A DNA stretch of 64,000 nucleotides. It comes from Bacillota bacterium. GTDB lineage: Bacteria > Bacillota_I > Bacilli_A > RF39 > UBA660. The stretch lies in the NCBI GenBank assembly GCA_015059435.1, contig SVAJ01000001.1, positions 479,132 through 543,131 of the forward strand, given 5' to 3'. Below are positions 55,171 to 64,000 of this stretch, in pieces (within the stretch, counting starts at the first letter, position 1; the number at the start of each line of letters is the position of its first letter). The position numbers and the translations under genes were made by a program. The notes under the pieces were generated by a model. That model worked only from the letters and a program-made list of their open reading frames with translations. It had not been told where the DNA came from and did no database searches.

Positions 55171-55689
55171 TTAAAATTTTGTTTTTGTTACTGTTTTTAT
55201 TGTAGCTTCCTCTTGAGATGTTTTATATAATTCTTGATAATAGTAATTAATTACTTGATTAATTTGTTCTTCTGTAGGAATAGCATTACTGTATCCATTG
55301 ATTCTGACTATGTTGTTATTATCTTCAAAATCTTTCATTAAATAATATGAAACTTTTTTTAAATTTCCTGTTTCAATATTTATGTATTTTAGATATTTTG
55401 ACGAATTTTTATTTTCTACTCCTAGATATAAATATAAATTATTTGGTTCTTCTGTTATTTTTCCATATTCTTTTAAAATATTTATATAAACTTCTGGCAA
55501 ACTAAAGTTTTCTTCTAAATCTGGAATTAATTCATATTTTAACTTTAAATATCTTTTTATTTTTGGATCTTTTTCTAAAACTTTCAATTCCTTATAGAAT
55601 TCAATCTTTTTTTCTGTTATATTCATTTGTTGCTCTACTTCTTTTCTTACTTGTACTAGTTCTTTTTCAGTCATATAAATATCCCCCAA
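55171..55689 (-). CDS. hypothetical protein between noc and rsmG
   Basis: 172 aa with no recognisable domain. Confidence 0.35.
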   Translation of the reverse strand: MGDIYMTEKELVQVRKEVEQQMNITEKKIEFYKELKVLEKDPKIKRYLKLKYELIPDLEENFSLPEVYINILKEYGKITEEPNNLYLYLGVENKNSSKYLKYINIETGNLKKVSYYLMKDFEDNNNIVRINGYSNAIPTEEQINQVINYYYQELYKTSQEEATIKTVTKTKF

Positions 55690-55692
55690 GTC

Positions 55693-56337
55693 TTATTTAT
55701 TTTTAATTACTACTAAACTTCTGGCACTATTTTCTTTTGGTAAGGTAAATTTTTCTATTTGTTCTATTTTATATTTTCTGTTTATATTTTTTTGAACATC
55801 AAGATTTAATTCTTCTTCTATATTACCTTTCATAGCTATAAGTTTACCATTTTTATTTACTAAGTGCATTGTATATTTTAATAGTTTTTCTATATTGGCA
55901 ACTGCTCTTGCTGTTATTATATCATATTTTTCTTTATGTTCTTCTGCTCTTGTATGAATTGCTTTTATATCTTTTAAATCTAACTCTTTTATTATTTCAT
56001 TTAAATAATTTACTCTTTTTAATAATGAATCGATAAGAGTTATTTTTAAATTTGGATAAACTATTTTTAATACGATTCCAGGAAAACCTGCTCCTGTACC
56101 TACATCACATAGTGTTTCAATTTCTTTCAAATTAACTACTTTTGTGATTGTTAAGCTATCATAGAAATGTTTTAAGTAAACATCTTCTTTTTCTATAATT
56201 CTAGTTAAATTAATTTTTTGATTCCATTCTACTAATAAATTATAGAATTTTTCTAATTTATTTAACTTTTCTTCTGATAATTCTATATCTAATTGTTTTA
56301 ATTCAGTAATAAATTCTTCTTTATTCATATTTACCAT
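55693..56337 (-). CDS. rsmG: 16S rRNA (guanine527-N7)-methyltransferase
   Basis: 214 aa. DVGTGAGFPG motif. Confidence 0.85.
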   Translation of the reverse strand: MVNMNKEEFITELKQLDIELSEEKLNKLEKFYNLLVEWNQKINLTRIIEKEDVYLKHFYDSLTITKVVNLKEIETLCDVGTGAGFPGIVLKIVYPNLKITLIDSLLKRVNYLNEIIKELDLKDIKAIHTRAEEHKEKYDIITARAVANIEKLLKYTMHLVNKNGKLIAMKGNIEEELNLDVQKNINRKYKIEQIEKFTLPKENSARSLVVIKNK

Positions 56338-58201
56338 TCTTTCTTAAATAAACCATTAATATAGATATATCTGCAGGATTAACTCCACTTATACGTGATG
56401 CTTGTCCTAGAGAAGTTGGTCTTATTTCACTTAGTTTTTGTCTTGCTTCACTAGCTATATTTGGAATATCTTCATAATTAATATTTTCTGGTATTAATTT
56501 ATTTTCTAGATTTAGCATTTTTTCTGCTTCTTTTAGAGCTTTCTTTATATAGCCTTCATATCTAGTATTTATTTCTACTTGTTCTAATACATCATAATTA
56601 TAATCTAATTCTATAAATTCTTTTATATTTTCAATACTTATTTCTGGTCTTTTTAATAATTCATATAAACTAATTCCATCTTTTAATGGTGTTGTTCCTA
56701 TTTTCTCTAGTTTTTCATTAGTTTCTTTCTTAGGAGTAATTCTTGTTTCTTTTAATATTTTATATACTTCTTCTATATCTTCTTTTTTCTTTTGAAATTG
56801 TTTATTTTTTTCTTCATCTATTAAACCTATTTTATATCCATAATCTCTTAATCTTATATCAGCGTTATCATGTCTTAATAGAAGTCTATACTCTGCACGA
56901 GAAGTTAATAATCTATATGGGTCTTTTACTCCTTTTGTTACTAAATCATCTATTAATACTCCTAAATATGCTTCATTTCTTTTTAATATTAGAGGCTCTT
57001 TATTTTCTAATTTTAATGCAGCATTAATTCCTGCAATTAGTCCTTGTCCTGCAGCTTCTTCATAACCACTTGTTCCATTGATTTGTCCTGCAGTAAATAA
57101 TCCTTCAACTAATTTTGTTTCAAGTGATTGTTTTAATTGCCTTGAATCTATTGCATCATATTCTATTGCATATGCATATTTTAATATTTTAGCATTTTCT
57201 AACCCTTGTAGAGAATGAACCATTTTTTCTTGAACATATTCTGGCATAGATGTTGAAAATCCTTGAATATAAATAGTATTTCCATATTCAGGGTCATCAT
57301 TTGTTGCTGCTTCTGGTTCTAAGAATAATTGATGACGTTCTTTATCAGAAAATCTTACTACTTTATCTTCTATTGATGGACAATATCTTGGCCCTACTCC
57401 TTCTGCATATCCTCCATACATACTTGATTCTTTTAAGTGTTCATTTATTATGTCATGAGTTGTTTTATTTGTATATATTAAGTGACATGGAATTTGATTT
57501 TTATAATCATAGTATGCTTTATTATCGAATGAGAAAGTTAATTCTTTGTCATCACCAGGTTCTATACTTGTTTTTTCATAGTCTATTGAATCTATATCTA
57601 CTCTTGGAGGTGTTCCTGTTTTTAATCTTAATATATTAAATCCTAATTCTTTTAAATCTGTTGATAAGAATTTAGAATCTTTTTCTCCATGTGGTCCTCC
57701 TGGAGTTTTTTTATCTCCTACTAGAATCATACCTTTTAGGTAAGTTCCTGTTGTTAAGACTACTACATCTGCTTCTACTCTTGTACCATCTTCTAGTATT
57801 ACACCTTTTATTTTATTATCTTCAACTATTAAATGTTCTGCTAAAGATTCTTTTATATTTAAGTTATCTTCTTTTTGTAATGTTTTTAACATTTCTTTTG
57901 GATAAACTGTTTTATCTTCTTGAGCTCTTAGTGCTTGAACTGCTGGACCTTTTTTAGTATTTAACATTTTTACTTGAATTGCACCTTTGTCAGCACAACG
58001 TCCCATTTCTCCACCTAAAGCATCTATTTCACGAACTACGATACCTTTTGCTGGTCCACCTATTGATGGATTACATGGCATATCTGCTATATTATTTATA
58101 CTTCCTGTAACTAGTAGAGTTTTATGGCCTTTTCTAGCTAATGCAAGAGATGCTTCACATCCTGCATGTCCTCCACCTACTACTATTGCTTCATATTTCA
58201 T
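56321..58201 (-). CDS. mnmG: tRNA uridine-5-carboxymethylaminomethyl modification enzyme MnmG
   Basis: 626 aa. IVVGGGHAGCEA FAD motif. Confidence 0.95.
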   Translation of the reverse strand: MKYEAIVVGGGHAGCEASLALARKGHKTLLVTGSINNIADMPCNPSIGGPAKGIVVREIDALGGEMGRCADKGAIQVKMLNTKKGPAVQALRAQEDKTVYPKEMLKTLQKEDNLNIKESLAEHLIVEDNKIKGVILEDGTRVEADVVVLTTGTYLKGMILVGDKKTPGGPHGEKDSKFLSTDLKELGFNILRLKTGTPPRVDIDSIDYEKTSIEPGDDKELTFSFDNKAYYDYKNQIPCHLIYTNKTTHDIINEHLKESSMYGGYAEGVGPRYCPSIEDKVVRFSDKERHQLFLEPEAATNDDPEYGNTIYIQGFSTSMPEYVQEKMVHSLQGLENAKILKYAYAIEYDAIDSRQLKQSLETKLVEGLFTAGQINGTSGYEEAAGQGLIAGINAALKLENKEPLILKRNEAYLGVLIDDLVTKGVKDPYRLLTSRAEYRLLLRHDNADIRLRDYGYKIGLIDEEKNKQFQKKKEDIEEVYKILKETRITPKKETNEKLEKIGTTPLKDGISLYELLKRPEISIENIKEFIELDYNYDVLEQVEINTRYEGYIKKALKEAEKMLNLENKLIPENINYEDIPNIASEARQKLSEIRPTSLGQASRISGVNPADISILMVYLRKNGKYE

Positions 58202-58216
58202 TTAAGTCACTTCTTT

Positions 58217-58930
58217 CTATTTTGTTTGTAATAATATTATAATAAAAGTTACTATTCCTGTGATGAGGCTTATTATACTTATCATATATGCAAAGCCCAA
58301 ATTTTTTCTTTTAAAATCTATAAATTCGTTTGGCTTGGTTGGATTTATTAATAATTCACGTTCTTCTCCTATGTCGTAATCTTTAATACTATATATTTCT
58401 TCACTAAGAATTAAAGTTTCATTATTATAATTAATAGCGTATATAGGTTTATATGAATAACTTCCAGAGTCATAATCATATATTTTATCTTCTCTTATTA
58501 TCTTACCTTTTATCTTGTAAGTGCAATTTTTCTTTTTATTTATACTTTGCAATGTGATTCCTATTAATCCTACCAATCCTATTGTAAAAAATATTATTGG
58601 TACTGATAAAAATGCATATTTTTTTATAAATTCAGTATTAAAGTTTATTCCTAGGCCTATAATCATTGCACCTAAACCTACTATTGGAAATATTAATAAT
58701 ATTAAATCTTTTAATATTTGTTTAGATTCAAACATTTTCTTTATGAAAATTAAACCAAATACAAAGAACACTTGTCCAAATATTACAAGTATTAATCCAT
58801 ATTTTTCCTGTTTTGCAAAAGTTGTTAATAAATATATAGAACCTATGAACCATATTATAAATATTATACTAATTATGATGTTAAATACTTTTTTCATTTT
58901 ATCACTACTTTCCAACACAGAATTTTTCAA
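58217..58930 (-). CDS. hypothetical membrane protein (DUF3592-like topology) inserted between mnmG and mnmE
   Basis: 237 aa, 4 to 5 TM with a beta-rich soluble segment. Overlaps the mnmE start. Confidence 0.35.
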   Translation of the reverse strand: MKNSVLESSDKMKKVFNIIISIIFIIWFIGSIYLLTTFAKQEKYGLILVIFGQVFFVFGLIFIKKMFESKQILKDLILLIFPIVGLGAMIIGLGINFNTEFIKKYAFLSVPIIFFTIGLVGLIGITLQSINKKKNCTYKIKGKIIREDKIYDYDSGSYSYKPIYAINYNNETLILSEEIYSIKDYDIGEERELLINPTKPNEFIDFKRKNLGFAYMISIISLITGIVTFIIILLQTK

Positions 58931-60281
58931 ATAAATGATCTATTATTTCATCAGAATAAGTTTTTCCTATTATTTCTCCTAATAAGTCAAAACAATCTCT
59001 TAAATCTATTTCTATCATATCTATTGGTAGATCATTATTTATTCCTTTTTCTACATCATTTAATTTTTCTAAAGCTTGTTCTGCTTTTGTTATTTGTCTT
59101 ATATTAGTTAAATAATTGTAATCTTTTGATTCTATTTGTTCTAAATTAAATAGTTCTATTATTTTTTCTTTTAATGAATTGATTCCTTCATTACTATTAG
59201 TATTTGTACTTACTACATTATAGTCTTTTAAATCTTCTTTTGATATTTTTTGTTCTAAGTCATTTTTATTTAATACTACTATAGTTGTCTTATCTTTTGT
59301 TTTTTCTAATATTTCTTTATCTTCACCAGTAAGATTTTCATTACTATTTAATACTACTATTACTAAGTCGGCTTTATCTATTAGAGAAATACTTTTTTCG
59401 ACACCTTTTTGTTCTACTATATCTTCTGTTGTTCTTATACCTGCAGTATCTATTATATTTAAAGGTATATTATTAAGTAATACTTCTCCTTCTACTATAT
59501 CTCTTGTAGTTCCAGCAATATCAGTAACAATTGCTTTTTCTTCATCTAAAAATTTATTTAGTATACTACTCTTTCCTACATTTGGTCTTCCTATTATTAA
59601 AGTATCTATTCCTTGTTTTAGTATTTTAGTATTTTTTGATTCTTTTATTATTATTTCTAAAGTTTCTTTTAATTCTTTTACTTTATCTTTTATTTTGTCT
59701 ATAGTCATAACTTCTATATCATAGTATTCTGGATAATCTATATTTACTTCTACTCTGGATATTAAATCTTTTATATCATTTCTAAAGTTTTCTATCATTT
59801 TTGAAGTTTTTCCTTCTAATCCAGCAATGGCTAATTTTCTTGAAGTTTCTGTTTTACTTTCAATTAAGTCCATAACTGCTTCTGATTTAGCTAAATCAAT
59901 TCTACCATTTAAGAACGCTCTTTTTGTAAATTCTCCAGGTTCTGCAAGTCTTGCACCTTGTTTAATTAATAATTCTAATACTTTATTAGTTGTTGCTATT
60001 CCTCCATGGCAATTAATTTCTACTATATCTTCTGTTGTATAAGTACGAGGAGATTTCATTACTGATACTAATACTTCATCTATTATTTCATCATTATTTT
60101 TTATATAACCATAATTAATAGTATGAGAATTTACATTTTCTAAGTCATTACTAAAAATACTGTTAGCTATTTTTATTGAATCTTCTCCACTAAGTCTAAT
60201 TATAGATATAGCCCCTACTCCCATAGCCGTAGATATAGCTACTATTGTATCATTCATAATACTCCTCCTTTTTTTACTCAA
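58905..60281 (-). CDS. mnmE: tRNA modification GTPase MnmE
   Basis: 458 aa. G-domain GRPNVGKSS and C-terminal CVGK. Confidence 0.9.
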   Translation of the reverse strand: MSKKRRSIMNDTIVAISTAMGVGAISIIRLSGEDSIKIANSIFSNDLENVNSHTINYGYIKNNDEIIDEVLVSVMKSPRTYTTEDIVEINCHGGIATTNKVLELLIKQGARLAEPGEFTKRAFLNGRIDLAKSEAVMDLIESKTETSRKLAIAGLEGKTSKMIENFRNDIKDLISRVEVNIDYPEYYDIEVMTIDKIKDKVKELKETLEIIIKESKNTKILKQGIDTLIIGRPNVGKSSILNKFLDEEKAIVTDIAGTTRDIVEGEVLLNNIPLNIIDTAGIRTTEDIVEQKGVEKSISLIDKADLVIVVLNSNENLTGEDKEILEKTKDKTTIVVLNKNDLEQKISKEDLKDYNVVSTNTNSNEGINSLKEKIIELFNLEQIESKDYNYLTNIRQITKAEQALEKLNDVEKGINNDLPIDMIEIDLRDCFDLLGEIIGKTYSDEIIDHLFEKFCVGK

Positions 60282-60353
60282 TATATTATAGCATTATCAT
60301 ATAATATTGTAAATTAAATGTTTTTTATAATTTCACATTAAAAAGATTTGTTT

Positions 60354-60665
60354 CTACAAACCTTTACTATTTATATTTATTTCTGTTGTTGGAGTTGTTT
60401 CTTTTAACATATTTTCTAATTCATTGTTTTTTTGTTTAGATGTTTCTTTTTGATTTTTTTTCTTAAAATCTTCATTTACCATCTCTAGTAGATCATTATT
60501 TCTCTCATTAATAGTTTTTTCTCCTAATAAATTATGCAAAGCTTCATAATTATTACTCATCACATAATCTATTAGATGAGGTTGTTGATTATTATTTTTT
60601 CTCTCTTCTATTCTTCTTGGAATTATTATACTTAATAATGGATTTTCTCTTACTATTTTTTGCAT
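60354..60665 (-). CDS. hypothetical small protein
   Basis: 103 aa, Asn/Lys/Glu-rich. Confidence 0.3.
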   Translation of the reverse strand: MQKIVRENPLLSIIIPRRIEERKNNNQQPHLIDYVMSNNYEALHNLLGEKTINERNNDLLEMVNEDFKKKNQKETSKQKNNELENMLKETTPTTEININSKGL

Positions 60666-60721
60666 AAGATCATAATCTTTATCATTTGAAGTTGTTTTTA
60701 TTATTTGATTTAGAAAAATTT

Positions 60722-61309
60722 CTAATTCTTCATATTTTTTTCATCTAGACCATATATTTTTAATACTTCATCTTCTCCTGATTTTCTTACTCTTGCTGCT
60801 TCTTTATCACCTTGTCTTTCTATTTCATCTATTTGATCTTGATAGTATTGCATTCTTTTATTGAATCCTCTTTCTATTTCTTTATCTTGTTCAATTAGCA
60901 TATTTCTTATTTTATGTTTAAAATTTTCACTAAAAAAACTATCTGCATCTTTTTTTAATTGAGAATTATTTTGATATTCATAAGCTACTGCATATCCATC
61001 TCTATCAACTATAAGATTATTTTTATCCTTTGAATCAAAAAACAAATTATTTCCATTTAACTCACAATTTTCTTCATCTAAGTTAGGGACTGGTAAATAA
61101 CTTAATTCTAATGTTTTATTTTTTTTATCATATTTGAATATTGCTCCAGTATTTTTATTTATGTATTTATCATCACCTATCATATCTAAAGGTGAGCCAC
61201 TATATGGATCTGCTAAAAAAGTATATTTATTTTCTCCTAATTTTTGGAAAGGTCTTTTACTTAATGGATCTATTACTATTTCAATTTTATTTTTCATAAT
61301 ATAAATCAC
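60722..61309 (-). CDS. hypothetical protein
   Basis: 195 aa with no recognisable domain. Confidence 0.3.
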   Translation of the reverse strand: MIYIMKNKIEIVIDPLSKRPFQKLGENKYTFLADPYSGSPLDMIGDDKYINKNTGAIFKYDKKNKTLELSYLPVPNLDEENCELNGNNLFFDSKDKNNLIVDRDGYAVAYEYQNNSQLKKDADSFFSENFKHKIRNMLIEQDKEIERGFNKRMQYYQDQIDEIERQGDKEAARVRKSGEDEVLKIYGLDEKNMKN

Positions 61310-61408
61310 CTTCTTTGCTTTATATTATCACATTATTTTATAACAATATTTTATGAAATGTTTTTTATACATAAATTTTTACGTTTCTTTACAAAAAAAA
61401 AAGAAGAA

Positions 61409-62023
61409 TTAATCTTCTTTTGGTTTAATAACTACGTAACGATTAGGTTCTTCTCCTTCACTTTCTGTATATACTCTTTTATTATTAGTAAGTACATTGT
61501 GAACTATTCTTCTTTCATAAGAATTCATTGAATCTAATTTAGCTTCTATTTTTGTTTTAGCTACTTCTCTAGCTACGTTTTTAGCAAGACGCTCAATTTG
61601 ACGCTCATGTTTTTCTTTATATGAATTAACATCTATTAGGAATTTAAATGATCTGCCTATTTCATTTTTTACATATTGACTTGTAAGTAATGATAAAGCT
61701 TGTAAGTTTTTACCATTCTTCCCTATTAATAAAGCATCATTATCTGAATAAATTACATATTTTGGAACTTCATCGTTTGATTTTAATTCTATGTTAGCTT
61801 CGAATCCCATATTTTTTAATAGATTTATTAGATAATTTTTAATTTCCTTTACTACTTCTCTTTTCTCTATTACTTCTATTTCTACTTTTTTACTTTTAAA
61901 AAGTCCACCTTTTATTTCTTCTTTTGTTTTTATTATTAAGTTTTCTTCTAATTCTTGTAAATCTATTTTCGCATTTTCAATTGCTTCTTCTACACTTTTT
62001 CCTATATAACTATGCTTTTCCAT
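61409..62023 (-). CDS. jag: RNA-binding protein Jag/KhpB (KH plus R3H)
   Basis: 204 aa. R3H motif ERRIVHNVL. The yidC-jag order is conserved. Confidence 0.8.
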   Translation of the reverse strand: MEKHSYIGKSVEEAIENAKIDLQELEENLIIKTKEEIKGGLFKSKKVEIEVIEKREVVKEIKNYLINLLKNMGFEANIELKSNDEVPKYVIYSDNDALLIGKNGKNLQALSLLTSQYVKNEIGRSFKFLIDVNSYKEKHERQIERLAKNVAREVAKTKIEAKLDSMNSYERRIVHNVLTNNKRVYTESEGEEPNRYVVIKPKED

Positions 62024-62945
62024 GTACTTCTTTACTCCTTTTAACTAAGATATTTTGTCCTATTGTGAATATATTTGATGTTACCCAATATATTCCTAGA
62101 GCTGATGGCATAAACAATGATGTTATTATAATCATTACACTCATCATGTATGGCATTGTTTTCATATTAGGATCACTTTGATTACCAGTTAAATTCATTT
62201 TTAATGAATAGAATGTTGTTAATGCAATTAGTAATTCTAATACTAAATATGCAAACCATACATTTGATGTTATACCTACAGTTGGTGTTGTTCCTAGTTG
62301 TAAGAATAAGAATTTGTCTTCAAATATTGCTGGAGTTCTTTGAACTGCTTCAAAGAATGCTATAAATAATGGTAATTGTAACATTGAGAATAAACATCCA
62401 GACATAGGACTTATATTATATTTTTTATAGACCATCATCATTTCTTGACTTTGTTTCATCATTGAATCTTGATCTTTTTTATCTTTATATTTATTTTGAA
62501 TTTTATTTATTTCTGGTTGAGCTTTCTTTAATAATTCAGATTGCATTGCTGTTTTTTTAGTAACTGGGAATGCTATAAATCTTATTATTAAACTTACAAT
62601 TATTAAGGAAATAGCATAATTACCAATATTTTTACCAAGTAATAATAGTATAAATGATAATGGTTTAATAAATAAACTAGTCCAAAGTCCTTCATATTTT
62701 CCTGTTGTAATTTTAAAATCATCACATTTTGGAAGTTTTTCTATTTTTACTCCATTCTTTTTATATACTTTAATTGTAGTTTTATTAGTTGGTTGACATA
62801 ATATATTTTTTGTTAAGTTTTGACCAGTTATTTCATTTTTTACTGGTTTCTTGTTTGAATCAGTTAAAGTTTTAGTACATCCTGTTGATATAAGTAATAA
62901 TACTAGTATTAATAGTATTTTAATTCTATTTTGTTTTTTCTTCAT
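62010..62945 (-). CDS. yidC: membrane protein insertase YidC/SpoIIIJ (lipoprotein type)
   Basis: 311 aa. Lipobox LISTGC and a 5-TM YidC core. Confidence 0.85.
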   Translation of the reverse strand: MKKKQNRIKILLILVLLLISTGCTKTLTDSNKKPVKNEITGQNLTKNILCQPTNKTTIKVYKKNGVKIEKLPKCDDFKITTGKYEGLWTSLFIKPLSFILLLLGKNIGNYAISLIIVSLIIRFIAFPVTKKTAMQSELLKKAQPEINKIQNKYKDKKDQDSMMKQSQEMMMVYKKYNISPMSGCLFSMLQLPLFIAFFEAVQRTPAIFEDKFLFLQLGTTPTVGITSNVWFAYLVLELLIALTTFYSLKMNLTGNQSDPNMKTMPYMMSVMIIITSLFMPSALGIYWVTSNIFTIGQNILVKRSKEVHGKA

Positions 62946-63276
62946 TGCTTTGTTCCTTTCTATATAATAAATTAGTTAGTTTTTCATTTAATTCATTATA
63001 ATTATAATCTTTAGCCATTTGTCTTAATATTATTATATAGTCGTTGTTATCAATTAAATTTTTATTTGCTGTATCTATTATACTTCTTATCTTTCTTTTC
63101 ATTTTATTTCTATATACAGCATTTCCTAATTTTTTTCCTACACTTATACCAAATCTGCTATATGGTAGTTCATTCTTTTCCTTATATATAATAAATGCTT
63201 TATTTTTTATAATATTTTGTTTTTTTATTATTCTGTCAAAATCATATTGATTTTTTACTATATATAACTTTCTCAT
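62926..63276 (-). CDS. rnpA: ribonuclease P protein component
   Basis: 116 aa. RFGISVGKKLGNAVYRNKMKRKIR. Confidence 0.85.
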   Translation of the reverse strand: MRKLYIVKNQYDFDRIIKKQNIIKNKAFIIYKEKNELPYSRFGISVGKKLGNAVYRNKMKRKIRSIIDTANKNLIDNNDYIIILRQMAKDYNYNELNEKLTNLLYRKEQSNEEKTK

Positions 63277-63327
63277 AATCTCACCTACTTTTTAGTAGTA
63301 AAAAAACCACTGTTTTACAGCGGCAAA

Positions 63328-63450
63328 TTATTTACAAAGTCTCTTACGACCTTTACGACGACGACGATTTAATATATTTGTTTTTTTACGTGCGAAAAAT
63401 CCTAATTTTTTTGATTTTTTACGATTATTTGGTTGATATGTTCTTTTCAT
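63328..63450 (-). CDS. rpmH: 50S ribosomal protein L34, not in the ORF track
   Basis: My translation is MKRTYQPNNRKKSKKLGFFARKKTNILNRRRRKGRKRLCK, 40 aa, with the canonical L34 sequence pattern upstream of rnpA. Confidence 0.85.
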   Translation of the reverse strand: MKRTYQPNNRKKSKKLGFFARKKTNILNRRRRKGRKRLCK

Positions 63451-63540
63451 TACTTCCACCTCCAGTCATAAATCCCCATTATTATAATAATTTTTTGTGC
63501 TTTTTGTCAATTAAATATTAATAATTTGTTGTTTTTTTTA

Positions 63541-63672
63541 TTTTTCACACTTTCCACATAGTTGTGGATTGCAAAAACAACCCTTGTGAATTAAAAATTG
63601 TGGAAAATGTGGAAAACTAATATTTTTCTTTATTTTATATAGATTTTGTTTGTGGACAAATCTGTGGATTTG
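63541..63672. promoter_or_regulatory. oriC-proximal DnaA-box cluster (rpmH-dnaA intergenic)
   Basis: At least 7 matches at 7 to 8 of 9 to TTATCCACA in both orientations: TTTCCACA 63551, AATCCACA(rc) 63563, TTTTCCACA(rc) x2 at 63599 and 63608, TTGTCCACA(rc) 63651, AAATCCACA(rc) 63664, TTTTTCACA 63541. The flanks are AT-rich. Confidence 0.7.
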
Positions 63673-63767
63673 CTGTTGATAATTATTTTTTTATTTTTTT
63701 TGTTTATTTTTTCAACAAATTAAGGTAGAATATTGGTATAAATTTTATCTTGTGGGGAGATGGTGGA

Positions 63768-64000
63768 ATGAACGTCGACATATTGTGGTCTAATTTTTTA
63801 TTGCAAATAAAAGATGATTTAACATCACTATCTTTCGAAACTTGGTTTAAAGATACGGAACTTTATAAATTAGATAATGGGAAGGCTTATATTATTGTTC
63901 CAATGCCAATTCATAAAAAACATTTATCTGATAATTATTCAGATATTATAAGGGAAAAACTCAATGATGTTACTGGAACAAACTTTGAACTTATATTTTT
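63768..64000 (+). CDS. dnaA: chromosomal replication initiator DnaA (N-terminal fragment; continues past the window)
   Basis: ATG at 63768 with RBS GGGGAGATGG. MNVDILWSNFLLQIKDDLTSLSFETWFKDTELY is a DnaA domain-I sequence. Gene strand switches here from minus to plus. Confidence 0.9.
   Translation, partial: MNVDILWSNFLLQIKDDLTSLSFETWFKDTELYKLDNGKAYIIVPMPIHKKHLSDNYSDIIREKLNDVTGTNFELIF

Noticed and set aside
1-64000. Looked for CRISPR arrays, rRNA or tRNA genes, IS elements or transposases, integrases, and prophage genes.
   Set aside because: None found. There are no regularly spaced identical repeats, no GC-rich structured RNA gene signatures, and no transposase- or integrase-like ORFs in any frame.

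Overview
This is a very AT-rich Firmicutes (Clostridia/Bacilli-like) chromosomal window that ends at the replication origin. The right end carries rpmH, rnpA, yidC, jag, mnmE, mnmG, rsmG, noc, parA, parB, mscS, ychF, rpsF, ssb, rpsR, a DHH protein, rplI and dnaB, followed by a DnaA-box cluster and the start of dnaA. Nearly all genes to the left of the origin sit on the minus strand, which is the leading-strand orientation. Most of the window is housekeeping: secA, hpf, csp, prfB with its programmed +1 frameshift, spoIIR-prmC-prfA, rpoE, argS, murA, fba, mreB, pta, ung, rlmH and a class A PBP. I saw no rRNA, tRNA or CRISPR. Five things need a second look. (1) A roughly 9 kb accessory block between secA and prfB carries four copies of a conserved tandem direct repeat, 2 x GTATCTAAA at 11-bp period. 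Each copy sits between the stop codon of one gene and an intrinsic terminator, ahead of a run of orphan hypothetical genes and a TetR/methyltransferase operon. (2) There is a complete agr-like quorum-sensing locus, agrB-agrD convergent with agrA-agrC, with an unannotated 39-aa AgrD encoding a predicted CIWYF thiolactone peptide. (3) A palindrome made of inverted DnaA-box-like halves, TCCACA-N4/5-TGTGGA, recurs in intergenic and coding sequence. (4) The window opens with a pspA-less ydjGHI-like cluster: zinc-ribbon, TPM and SPFH proteins. (5) A Fur-family regulator with its own 7-1-7 box sits next to a membrane permease with a His/Cys-rich loop. The biology linking the direct repeats to the orphan genes is not identifiable from sequence alone.
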